From: Ostrea edulis
Lineage: Eukaryota
Length of the DNA stretch: 64,000 nt
Direction of reading: 5' to 3'
Assembly (NCBI RefSeq): GCF_947568905.1
Contig: NC_079165.1
Span: forward strand, 61,318,001 to 61,382,000
Of the stretch, positions 1 to 12,281 are shown piece by piece. The notes beneath the pieces are model-generated. The model was not told the DNA's origin. It did not search any database and was given only the letters and a program-made list of their open reading frames with translations. Made by a program: the position numbers and the translations under genes. Each line of letters begins with the position of its first letter. Positions within the stretch are counted from its first letter, which is position 1.

Positions 1-226
1 ATTTTAACTGATAAGGTCTTTTTGAAGAATTTTATTTAAGTTTCATTTCTACAAACTTTCGATTCAGAGATATGCATATTGCTAGGGACACATCCAGTTT
101 TGACATTCATTGCAAATGCAATATCCATTGCATCGCTTTGAGCATTTTCTTGAATTTTGATATGACATCACCAAACCTTTTGTGAATTTGTCATTAACTG
201 TCGGTCCGGTTTAAAATAGTCATCGA

Positions 227-464
227 TCAGTACCCCTTGCTTGTTGTAAGAGGCGAATAAATGGGGCGGTCCTTCAGATAGGACTGCAAAAACTGAGATC
301 CTTGTCACAGCAGGTTTGGCACGATAAAGATCCCTCAGTGCCATAAGCGCTGAACATAGGCCTAAATTTTGCAGCCCTTCACCGGCAATGGTAATGTCTT
401 CATGTGAGTGAAATATTCTCAAGAGAGACTTCAGTCAATATATAGGCTAATCAAACAATCAATC
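227..464 (+). mobile_element. 5'-truncated tRNA-type SINE (bivalve family; central core ccccttgcttgtYgtaagaggcga)
   Basis: Same sequence recurs at 43244-43472 (minus), 57807-58030 (plus) and as fragments near 5665, 6325 and 49535. Ends in a caatc-repeat tail. I recall the core as a mollusc Meta/MESC-type SINE domain (unverified). Confidence 0.75.
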
Positions 465-1800
465 ATACGCTATCAATGTTCTCTAAATAGTGGCATCGAA
501 TAGTGCTTCAAAAGTTTCATCGGCTTCCGGTTCGATTCCAGCATAAGGAACAACTTCCAATCCAGTGTTATGAAGTATCGTACATATTAAGATAGACATC
601 ATGAATAACTTAACCGTATTACACAGGAAATTTCTCGAGAGCCCGCGCTTCTGTCATTTGTCAGCATATACATCAAGGTTATTTGTGCGCTTGTTGTAAA
701 AACTAAAAAAAAAATATTTACGGATATTTTTGAACACGCGGGCGGATATTATTTTTTGATAATATTATAATTTGGATTTGTTACAAATAGAAGCGGCGAA
801 TCCGACGAACTAGATTACAAATTGGCATGGCCTTAGTATCATTAAAAAATTTAATAAAGAATTTATGATATTTGTCTTTAGTCGAAACAACTGGAATTCA
901 TTGCACTTGCTCTAATACATGTACATATACACAAAAAAATTGTTTTGGGTATTTTAATTAGCCATCTGTTATTCATCACTTTATTCATATTCCGATTAAT
1001 GCAAAACTCAATCCGATTTAAATCCGCCGAATTAGAATAAAAATAAAACGAGGACGAAAATTTCTCAATTTATACACAAATAATTGATGCTACGTGATTT
1101 TCAATTTTTAAAAATCATTGTAGTTATGGGGGTTTCGTTTTGTTGGAATGGGGGTGCATTCTTATGTATACTAAATATAATATCGAAATACATGTATTCC
1201 CTCTGCATTTAGTTCATTTTTATCAATGAAAAACATTTTAATGTACATGTATTTTAAAATTAGGAAAAATAAACCTTGTCGAAAATATCTTCAGAAAAAG
1301 AAATTTTTCCATCAAAAATGTTGTATCACAATGCATTCTGGGCATATAATTTTAAATGTATTTTAAGCGTTTGATTTAAAAGGAGTTCAAGTGGACTACA
1401 GATATTAAGCAAACCTCAAAAACACTAGATTGAAGACAGACACGATGTCTAGCACATGTGAAGTAGTGCAGGTATGATGTAATAAATAACAAATAATCAC
1501 AAATACTACAAATTTAAAAGACAACACGACTCTTAAATAACATTCTAACAGAGATCATCAATGAGACATGTCCGCCATGCAGAAAGTGACTAGATTTACC
1601 AATCTTACAACAATGTAGTAATTGTAGTATATCACCAGCAAAAAAATCCAACTGTTCTAAAGTTAGGATTTGTCGCATCTCATTCTTCTGAAGACATAAC
1701 AGAACTTTAGTGGTATCCTACGAAACAATGCGTTCAATCAATGTCCAAAACACGACATCAAACACATTTGTCCTGGAAAAGATGAGTCCAAGTTTCCATT

Positions 1801-3194
1801 TCATTCCCCTGAAGACATGTCATCCATTTCCTTGCTAGTCTCCGACACGACGGATATTTCTGTTGTTTGAACACTGTATACAAAGTCGTTCTTCGAGGAT
1901 TTCCTTTGGTAAAAAAAAAAAGTAAACATAAATTTGTTGGACGGTGGAACAAGTTTGAAAACTAATATTTTGGAATTTTATCTTTTCAATACATGAACAG
2001 AAGTTTCGTTCAATCAATATACAATATATTTGAATTCATGTATACTCACCTTTTCTTTTCCGCTGTCCTGCATCTGATAACGAGCAAGAATTTTTTCCGA
2101 AATCTTTCATTGGTTAAATTATACAAAAAGAAATTGATGGTGTAATTTGTGAACTGGAAAATATAGGAAGTGGACCATACAACGTCCATTTTCGCACTTC
2201 CGAGATCGGTGAGGTTTTTCTGATAAGAATCCACAATAAAATAGATACTTATGGGCAGTGTAGCAACGAGGAAATATACACTAGTGCACAGCAACATTCT
2301 GGTTAATTTCACGTCGAATCGATTCAGTTTCTTGTTTGTCTGTCTATTCTTGACAGTACTTTTTCGGAAATGTCTAGACTGTCGGAAAACGCGGATTATG
2401 GTTATGTTCATCACGATCATGAGTAGAAAGGGCACCACCGAGAGGACGGAGAAGTCAATGTATGTAAAGACAAACTCTTCAAAGTTAAAGTATTTGTCTG
2501 TCAGTGAATTGCACTCTATCTCTGAACCATCCATAGTTAAGCCGTTTGTCCAGAAATAGTGCAAATCAACCCCTGCCAGAATTATCATCAGAAAAACAAC
2601 TAAAACTGAACATCTCTTCACGGTGACTATCCGTGGATATCGGTATGGGAAATTAGTTTTTATGCAACGCTCCAAGACAATGCAGACTAGAATCCATGAA
2701 GATAGTTGCATGGACCAATAAATAAAAAACAAATTAAATTTGCAACCAAAATTTGTCAGCGCACGAATGTCTACTGAAAAGGTCTCTTTGATCCAGTACC
2801 TGCTAAGTCCAACACTAAGAACCAAGATATCACTCAAAGATAGAACAAACAGAAGAAACAATGGCGGCCTCTTGTGAAGCTTCATCTGCTTCAGAACGAC
2901 GATTGTTAACGTATTACCGATCACACCGACTACGAACAGCACTGGTGAAAGCACAACCCAAAGGTATTGGGAAATGTCCTCCAGGAAATCCGTGTAGGGA
3001 TCGGACCCCATTGAAATGTTCATAGACGATGTCATATTGGTAGAGGAATCAATTGGCCATTCAGTGGATGAATTTGAAAATAATTTCTGTCCAGAATCAG
3101 AATGAAACTGTGTCGTATTGTTAACAGGTGTCATTCTGTCGTGAAAGAGTCGGCCATGGTCAATGGAGAGTCCCTCGTACACCTTCCTCAGCAT
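1801..3194 (-). CDS. Class A (rhodopsin-like) peptide-type GPCR, FMRFamide/sex-peptide-receptor/GPR139-142-like group
   Basis: Exons 3194-2050 and 1903-1801 (AG|GTGAGT donor; T-tract-ccaaag acceptor; phase 2 keeps frame and adds RKSSKNDFVYSVQTTEISVVSETSKEMDDMSSGE*). Seven hydrophobic segments: GVIGN (TM1), LSLSD (TM2), LERC (DRY variant), NFFLY (NPxxY variant). N-glycosylation sequons in the N-terminus. Start Met uncertain. Confidence 0.9.
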
Positions 3195-3805
3195 GTGGAC
3201 AGATTGTCACACCAGGAAGATATAGCATACGCTCACTCATGGTGATCGTAATCTTATCGAATAACTTACCAGAAGTACTTCAAACGTTAGGCCTAGGCTG
3301 ATTGACAGTTGCACTATCTTTTGTTAACTCCCACTTGAACTACTGAACATAATTCTATGCACCGCGTGCAGTCCATCTAAAAATCAACTCCTCTACTGAA
3401 GGTTTATCTCTGAAATAAATTCATCATGTGTTGTGAATCGGCTGAAAAACAGTCTTGCAACAGGTACGACAAATTTGAAGATCTGCGTACATTTTATAGT
3501 ATTCCTTATTAGATTAACCTTGATCTCAGCGTGTTTTACCCAGTAATGCTCTGCGATAATGTATCAAAACATATCTGTGATCCCTGATACAACAAATGAT
3601 CTTCTTTTAATGAGCAAAAACCTAAGTTAATGCTGTCTAAGTTTTCTGAAAGTAAACAGTTTTTACCGCTTGATTTAAAAGATCAAATATGATGTAAAAA
3701 AATAATTAATACATGTGCCATTAAGATAAAAGGTTGGTTCATTAAACAAATACATATTACATAAGAATGTTGTGAGTAAGCAATAACTATGGCCCATAAA
3801 CATAG

Positions 3806-3880
3806 CATCGGACTGTATTTGTCCTGTCTTCATCGGACTGTATTTGTCCTGTCTTCATCGGACTGTATTTGTCCTGTCTT
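3806..3880. repeat. Perfect 25-bp tandem repeat x3 (catcggactgtatttgtcctgtctt)
   Basis: Three identical units read directly. Confidence 0.95.
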
Positions 3881-5613
3881 CTTTGTAATGTTTTCCACTG
3901 ATCATGATCATAGAAACGAAATGAAACCTTTTTAGAATGCTTCATCATCAGTGTGCAAAAGCCCGACTACTGATCATATCTATGTGTATGCAAGTGCGCT
4001 AAATTTATTTTCTGGAGTGCTATGAACTAATTTGAAACTTACTATATACTCATAAGTATATATTAGGAAACCCAATCGTTTGGCATTGTTAACTTACCTG
4101 CAACACTGCAAATCAACGTGCAGTAATCGAAAATTCGCATTGGCTAACATCTTAATTTTTTTTTCCTTTCTTATTCTTCATGGAAATGAAATTAAATTCA
4201 TATTATAAATATATATCGGTACTTTGAAAGTATTCATATTAATATGAATAAAACCAGCCAGTTATTTAAAGATTAAATTCCTATGAATTATTTTTAGTCA
4301 AATAATTATGAAATTATTTGAATATTTTTTCCCCATAGTTTTGCAACCAATACCACATGCAGTAATTGATATAGGGTCTAAAAACATCAAATTTGTGTTG
4401 ATAAATTGTTGAATTATGAGCTATTGCGATATAAGACTGTTGTCATTTTTGGGTTGCAGGAATATATATGAATTATTTAGTCATTTTAATTTTTCAAGGT
4501 TCTTTGGGGAAATACTATCTAATCCAGTTGATTTCATGTCATTAATTATCAATAATTTTTAGTCGTTTAGACATTAATAAATTCAGATAGATACTCTGCA
4601 AACTTCTTTTCTGGTGGACCAGTTCCATTTGGTGTTATAGGTTTGTTTGATACCTCTGCAAAATATTCCTTCCATATGTTGACTTTTTCTATTAAAGGAA
4701 TGTTTCTATCAATATGTTTTTAACAGTATAGACTGATGTGGAATTGAGGAACTCGTCCCAATATGTGTTTCACAACTCATTCTTACATTATAAAACCTTG
4801 ATAATCTGCAAGCTCATTTTTATTATTTGACATTTGTGGTCATGCTATTTGAATTTAAAGTCCACATTACACTTATTACATAATGATAAATACAGAATAG
4901 TGATGAGATTTCATTGTTTATAGATAGCGAAGTGTTAATTTATTTTTTAAAGATTAAGTAAATACATGTACATACATGTACCAATGGTAGTTGCATTGTT
5001 TGTTGTAAGGCTTATGTTTACGAATTGCGGTTGCTTGGACCAGAAAGCGTATTGATGTAAAAATCACCGAAAGGGAATTTAAAAAAAACCTTCGTTTCAA
5101 GATGCTTCTGTAGAAGCTCCAGTATTCACCTTTTGATCGCTGTATATGACACCAACTAATAATGTATAGACTGTGTGTATCTCGCACCACAAGATTTCAT
5201 TGTTTTTAGAATTTGGGTAATTTCTATATGTGATTTTTAAATGGTTTGAAATGTATAATGCAATACCTCCCTAACTTTTCCCCTAAAGGATTATTTTTTT
5301 TATATCCATCATTTGCAAAAACCTAGTGTCAAATAAGAAAAAAAAATTGTAATATCGCGTAATAATGATCTCATTATTACGAGATATTTTCTCGCTCTAA
5401 CGACTTACTATCTCGTTACATATCGAGTAATCATCTCGTTCTAAATACTTGATTCACTCAAAATTTGTTATCTCGACTCAGTTATCTGAGGTCCACTTTA
5501 TAAAGTGTCTTACGACTGAAGTTAGCAATTTATTTAATGCCCCACTTTTTTCAAATGCAATGTGAATATTGCTTTACATGTAAAAATACATGCAACACAA
5601 AATAAAGGCTCGC

Positions 5614-5615
<2 letters not shown>

Positions 5616-5654
<39 letters not shown>
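5616..5654. repeat. Poly-C tract (about 39 nt)
   Basis: Direct reading; homopolymer length may be unreliable. Confidence 0.9.
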
Positions 5655-7453
5655 TGATTCCACACGACTGAAAACTGAGGTCCCGTATTACGGTAGGTGT
5701 TGGTAAGAACCCTCTCTGCTGCTGCTTAAGAGCCTATTCTTTTTAGAGAAATGGATGTGGGCCATGTCTGTCCTCTAAAGAGAATGCAACATACGTAGGT
5801 GAAAATTTGTGACCCTTCACATGCAATACGCCCGTTTCGAGATAAGAGCTCTCCTGTGTAGGAGGTACATTTAGTAGAACTTAGAGTGCCTAGGGACAGA
5901 GTGAACCTACAGTCAGTGAGGGAAACGTTAAAATGTATTAAAAGCGGCTTCTATCTAAATAAGTAATTGTAGGAAATACAAAATACTATCGAAAGAAATG
6001 TTTTTCTAAAGTAGGAACATAAAAACAATACGATATTTGAAAGTAATATCCTAGATATAATACCAACGACCAACGAAATTACGTGATATAATAACAATTC
6101 CATGTATTTAATTACTCCCTGAATACTTATTACTTACTTAGTTTGTGTGTCAGTTGAATTCAGGTGATGAAACAGCGTATAGGAAGAATACTAAGTATAC
6201 ATTTACTTATGTAGTGATGAATATTCGTCCCACTCCCGCATGTAAACAAGTTGTTTCGCGCCTTACTATGTACGAGAGTTCTTCAAAGGGAAATAACTCG
6301 AACGTATCTCTGCATGAGTGAAAAATTCTTGAATAGGACGTAAAAGGATATCCACACAAAATAAACAATGCTATTGCATGCCTGCCTGCAAAGACATTGT
6401 AAATCGATTCTTTTTATTTTTCTTCTTGAAGTTACAACATATGAATTGTTTCTAACAACACTTGCAGATCCGAAAGACGTTATCATTCAGATGACATAGT
6501 ATGTCATCTTATGTTCACATTGTTATAATGATTTATTCATTCTTCAGCTTCTGGTGGTATATGATATACGGTACCTTTTTATGTCATTGAATATCATAAA
6601 CACAATTAAGGTATTCCATGTATAATGAAAGGATAATGAACAATTTTGAAGAATTTAGATCAACATAAAAGTTTATTGTTAAATAATGATGGAAGTGAAG
6701 CAGATGAAATTTACATGACTGGTAAATGATTAGAAGCTGACCTTTTTGCACTTAAGACTTTTTGGAAGAGTTGTCTGCCCTTTGTAAAAATAAGAAAAAT
6801 CTAATTTTCTAAAAATGTATGTGGTCAATGATTAATTTTATTTCATATTTTCATAAAAAGAAAGTGTATGTAACTTTTTACCAAGAGATAATTATGAAAA
6901 TATAATTTGTTTTTAAAATATTGTAATAAAACATGCTTTTCCCATATACTTCAATGTTAAATTCTAGGTGAAATAAATCAGGCAGTAAACAAAACTTTGA
7001 AAATTCCTATGGTGGATTATTTTTATTTGATGAACCCTTCAAAATGATACCATGATTACAAATATTCCACCATCCATTTATTAGATATGAAATATGGTCA
7101 TTACACATTGAATACCTTAAGTCATATACGGTCTTTCCATCTTCAATGATGTAATAATTTGATATGCTAAGTTAAATAATACCATATCTTTACATGTATA
7201 GATATGTTATATTATATTTACATTTCCAATGTTTGTACCTTCGATATCTTTAACATATGAAATGATAGCCATTTCCTCATGAATGTGAACAATGTTCTTA
7301 TGAATCTTGATAAATATACTTACAGCTAGTTTAACGGCTGGTAATATTCCAACAGAATCGAAGGTAAAATGTAAATATAAAAATCAAATTTCATTTTTGA
7401 AAATACATGAAATATTTGGCGTGAAATTTATTTCTTAGATACAAATAGATATT

Positions 7454-7635
7454 GGGCTCACGACGGGTGTGACCGGTCAACAGGGAACGTTTCTTCCTCC
7501 CAGACGCCCGATCCCATCTCTGGCGTGTCCAGGGGTCCGGATCCCACCTCTAGCGTGTCCAGGGGTCCGTCTTTGCCCTACTCTCAATTTTGTGTTTTCT
7601 TCATATAGGCTTAGAATTTATGAGATTCGTTATCT
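7454..7635 (+). mobile_element. Dispersed repeat: 3' end of a Penelope-like retroelement
   Basis: gggtgtgaccggtc..cctcc..gatcccacctct..ggggtccg motif shared with 53241-53363, 61218-61490 and 61905-62068. The 61.5-61.8 kb copy is attached to a decayed RT C-terminus. Confidence 0.6.
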
Positions 7636-7817
7636 TAAAATTTTCAGTGTAATTAAACGAGATTTTCTCCCATTTAACGAGAAAATTAACTCGTAATTAC
7701 GAAATCTTTCCTCATAATTCAGAGAAATTTATCTGTTGATTTCGAGATCTTTTCTCGTAATTGCACGGGGAAAAAAAGTTTCTTTGATACTATTCGGCTT
7801 TCGTACAAACGGAACTT

Positions 7818-8682
7818 TATGGAGACCAAACTACATGTGTAACATAAACGCAAATAAATGAGATATCATTAATTATTGGAAAATATCATTACTTCAGTTA
7901 TTGCGCACAGTAATTCAATTGATGCGCACATCAAATCAATTGTTGTGGGCAATGATTGAATTGGTGCTCGCAACAATTGAAATATTGCGGGCAATAATTG
8001 AATTGATGCGCACATCAAATTGATTATTGCTTTCATCAATTGAAATTTATGCGCACATCAATTCAATTATTGCTCGCAGATCTTTGCAATGATTTTGTAT
8101 AAGGAATTCATACAAGTGTTAATTCTTTTAAAGAAAGCAACAAGTGATTCAATTGTGTTTATGTTGAATTGAAGATATCTCTTATTGAATAAATGCTCTT
8201 TCTAAAAGCATTATTGTGTTCATCAATTGAATTAATGATATAATTTGATTGAAGAGGAATAATACTTGTATTACTGTGCGCATTAATTGAATTAATGCGC
8301 ATATAATCAATTGAAGAGAACAATAATTCAATTATTACACGCATTAATTGAATTAATGCGCGCTTTAGTTGCATTATTGCTCTCTTCAATTACATAGCAC
8401 GAATCATATCAATCATTGATATCACCAATTCAATTGTTGATATTATCAATACATTTGAAGAGAGCAACAATTTAATTAAAAACGCGCATCAATTCAACAG
8501 AATAATTAATGTTATTAACAATTCAATTAATGCGTGCTATGATTTAATTTGAAAATATCATTAATTATTTGAAGAGGTCTTTAATTGAATTGTTGCGTGC
8601 ATCAAATGAATTGATGATATCCTCAAATAATCAAATACATGTATATATTCAATTATTTGAGATTATGTTAATTTGGCCATAG
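7818..8682. repeat. Degenerate AT-rich array of aattgatgcgcacatcaatt-type units in both orientations; possible foldback element
   Basis: Units such as tgcgggcaataattgaattgatgcgcac and the reverse complement gcgcacatcaattcaattattgctcgca. Weak terminal match tatgg..ccaaa / tttggccata. Confidence 0.55.
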
Positions 8683-9275
8683 AACATGCAGTAGATTGAA
8701 AAAAGAAATGATTGACAGATAGTACGCAACATAAAGGTAGGTAATTGACATGTGCTTTTATGGTATGCACCATTGTCTTGGTTATCAAAACTCCGCAGGG
8801 AATTAGGTATTGAAATGTTTGCAATGGGGGGGGGGATTGTACATGGCGGAGGAGTTCCTGATTCTTGGAAACCAAAGGCAGTCTCCAGAAATGTTTCAAT
8901 GGCGGAGGGGTGCTACAAAAGTTTGCACCTTTTCAGTCCAAAAAGGGAGTTTGAAGAGGCAAAAATAGAAAAAATGCCATTTTTGTTAAAAATGTTTAAT
9001 TACCGTAAGGGGGCTACAACTTCCATAATCCCCTCTAGATCCGCCACTGAAAATTGATGTGAACAGTGTGATACAAATAAGCACTCGAGATAGGGGTGAT
9101 TCAAAAAGATCTCCCCTGAAACAGACAAAGTGCTATGTAGATCCGGGGTGAGAAACCAAGAAAGTGAATTAAGTGACTGCAGACAGAAGAAATTGGAATG
9201 GTGGTCGTATTGTACATGTAGATCAAGAACATTAATTCTCTCAGTTTTTAAAAGAAAGGGATAGATATATATATG

Positions 9276-9278
<3 letters not shown>

Positions 9279-9322
<44 letters not shown>
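9279..9322. repeat. (GA)22 microsatellite
   Basis: Direct reading. Confidence 0.95.
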
Positions 9323-9325
<3 letters not shown>

Positions 9326-12281
9326 CATGTAACCACTTATGATGAATACAATATAAATATATAAATGGTCTTATTGGGACTCTTATTCAGTTTGATTTTT
9401 GAAATGACCTCACAATACTTTGCCAAATGGTCTATCTACAGTACGTAACATGTTTGCACTATAAACATAAGATTCCTCCAACTGCTGGTTAATTTGTAGG
9501 TCTTTTCCCCCTGCTTTTGTTAATTAAAAAAAACTCCATAGTACATCAACATTTTATGAAATAAAAAAGTTAATTTAGAAAATGTCTTTGATCCTTTGCA
9601 TTCTTGGTATAATGCTTTTACACATTAAATACAAATGGATTTCTTTTATGCATTCAAGTATGGTGTATTTTTTAAATGGACAAACTCTTGGAATAATGTG
9701 TTGCATAAGAAAACCAATCACTACTCATTACGCTCATTGCTTACCCACATTGTGAGAAAATGATTCATATATTGTGTCCCCTGGACTTTGGTCACATCAA
9801 GGTCCATTCAAAAGTTAAAATATAGGTACAACCTAATTGTATCCATTATCAAACACACGGTCAGAGTATTCAAGCAGGTTCATAACTATAACACTTGCTT
9901 AGTCATCTGAAGAATTTATTCAATTCAAACTTCAGCTCGCCGTAGCAGCCCACTATACATGATATTCAATTATCTTGATGATTTCACTTGAAACCTACGA
10001 TTTACACGACTGATACTATGATAAGCTAATAATTTGACATCTCCAATCATACAACCTTTCATCATTCACGATCCCTGATTAACAACTAGGTGTACAAGTA
10101 ATCAGTAACCTGTCCGTCATCTCCTAATGGGCGGTCCTTAATTAGAGCTACATGTAAATCAACTGTCGATGTAATAATTTTTTATTCTGCCCCAAGAGCA
10201 GAAAAAACATAAGACTCTGTCTACATGTAATTAATAATAAGAAATGCTTGCAAAACATATTCTCCCTTCCTCCACATTGCACTACATACTAAATGTCTAC
10301 ATGTATATGTGGTAAAATGCAGCGACCCCCCCCCCCCCCCCCAAAAAAAAGACTTATAATCTCGTTTTAAAGAAGGAAGGCAAAGAACTACTTGTAGAAC
10401 AATACATGCTTTATTTTAGTCTCTTCTAATGATATATTGTTACTCATGTTGTACAGCTACAGGTAGTACAATATTATACAAATTATGCCAAAAAAAAGGT
10501 ACTGAAAATGCAGGTAATGACCTTGGACATACTGACCTTCTCAATCTAATTAAAATAAGACTTCTTAGATCCGTGCTGTATACTCTACATTGTAGCAATT
10601 GTGAGCGTATCTTAGGATCTGATATTAATTAGATTGTGACCTTCTATGCAGTAAAGATAACCTCCTCTGCACATTGACGTGCATCAGTCTACATACTCTC
10701 GTTATGTAGAATGTAGGATACCGACCAACATGTGAAAAGTGATATACCCCACCCTCTATAGAAAGAGGCACAATTAATTTCCTTCACAAGTATTCATCAG
10801 TCTGTGAATATCAATATAAATTTTTCATATAAATGTGATTAATTTCCTTTCATCAAGGAAACATTGGGTTATAATCTTTTTGTAAAACCTCTTTTCATGC
10901 TGTTAAAACTTTCTGGAAACATGTTTTCTCATCCAAAAATTAAATAAGAAGAAAATATCTTGGAAGGATAAACGCATATTTTATTCTCATTCGAATTATA
11001 TGCAGTCATTCATTGACTCAAAAATAATAAAATCATTTTCACATATCATGACATCCTTCATACAATACTGTATTGCTAAATTGAGCAACACTATGTCATA
11101 GCATTCGTCAAGTGTACCATAAAACCTTTATTTAACAATGTTTATATATACAATGTGTTTGTATACTCTCAAAAACACAATATGATCAATGTGGTGTCAA
11201 TTAAGAATGTTTAACAGCGACATTTCTGAAAATTGAAAATGATGAACCACATGGTTTTAGGTCAACAAAACAGTGAACAAACTATAACTAGGTCAATTCT
11301 TTGCATGGACAGGGTGGAAATCAGTAGATGAAACCGTCTAGTTATGCGATAAACAAGAGCAGAAAATTGGAACATGCGATATTCTTGTACGTACATCAAA
11401 GCCGTTTCTTTGGCAAGAATTATCATTTGCTCCAATGCATGCATCATCCAGATGTACCCTAAAATCTACAGTTATGCCTGTGAAACACATAGCTGAACTT
11501 GTAAGTTTCAATAAAACAATTTTGATTTTCTAATACTCAATTGGCAGAATATTTTTTATTGAGACTGTCACACAAATACTACTTTGGTACAAAAAAGAGA
11601 TACAATGTCTTTGTCTTGCTCACATTACTAGTATATAAAACACACTGACATTATCATTTAGTAGTGAATACAGGCTTTTACATATCTTGCTCACATTTTC
11701 AATCAATTAATCCAATATAATATCTACTTTTTGGGCAGTTACTTGTACATATTCCATAACCAGCAACATATCATCTGTCATGATAAAAAAAAAAAAAAAA
11801 AGAATTTCTCTCTCCCAAGAAAAACCTTCACAAATATTTTTACTCATATATACACATACAACTTTAAAATTCATATTCAATATCAAACCAATAATGCACA
11901 CAACATGCTAAAGACAATCACAAGAAATGACAATGACTCTGTATCACCTCCACAAACACATTCTCACCAAATTTAGAATTACTCATACTTATTCACAATA
12001 GTACACTTCACAATACCATCACCTAACATACAGTTTTAAAAACTGAAAGCACCGACAACAACTCTTGCTTTAAGAATATCAAAACAATTGCCAAATATTA
12101 CTAAAAAAAAATTTCTTTACATTCAAAATTAATATCCTTTTACTTTACTATTTTCCTCAATGACCAAACATGTTTGGCATCTCTGTAGCACTTTAATGTG
12201 ATTACTATGGAAACAGACAAGCCTCCCACACAGATCTGTTTGGTGCTGCCTTCTGATCTCCCCTTTTCCCCCTGTTTTTGA

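Noticed and set aside
168-422. 84-aa minus-strand ORF, and similar ORFs at 43219-43592
   Set aside because: They are translations of SINE sequence.
40-625. Short open minus-strand frames flanking the first SINE
   Set aside because: No motif or clear splice structure; cannot be supported without context outside the window.
2251-2559. 102-aa plus-strand ORF
   Set aside because: Antisense shadow of the GPCR.
8760-9048. Segment ending gatccgccactg, a possible DNA-transposon end
   Set aside because: Only one terminus is visible, which is not enough to define an element.
11262-11460. Exon-like minus-strand segment downstream of SPCS3
   Set aside because: No recognisable protein in any frame; probably 3' UTR or intergenic.
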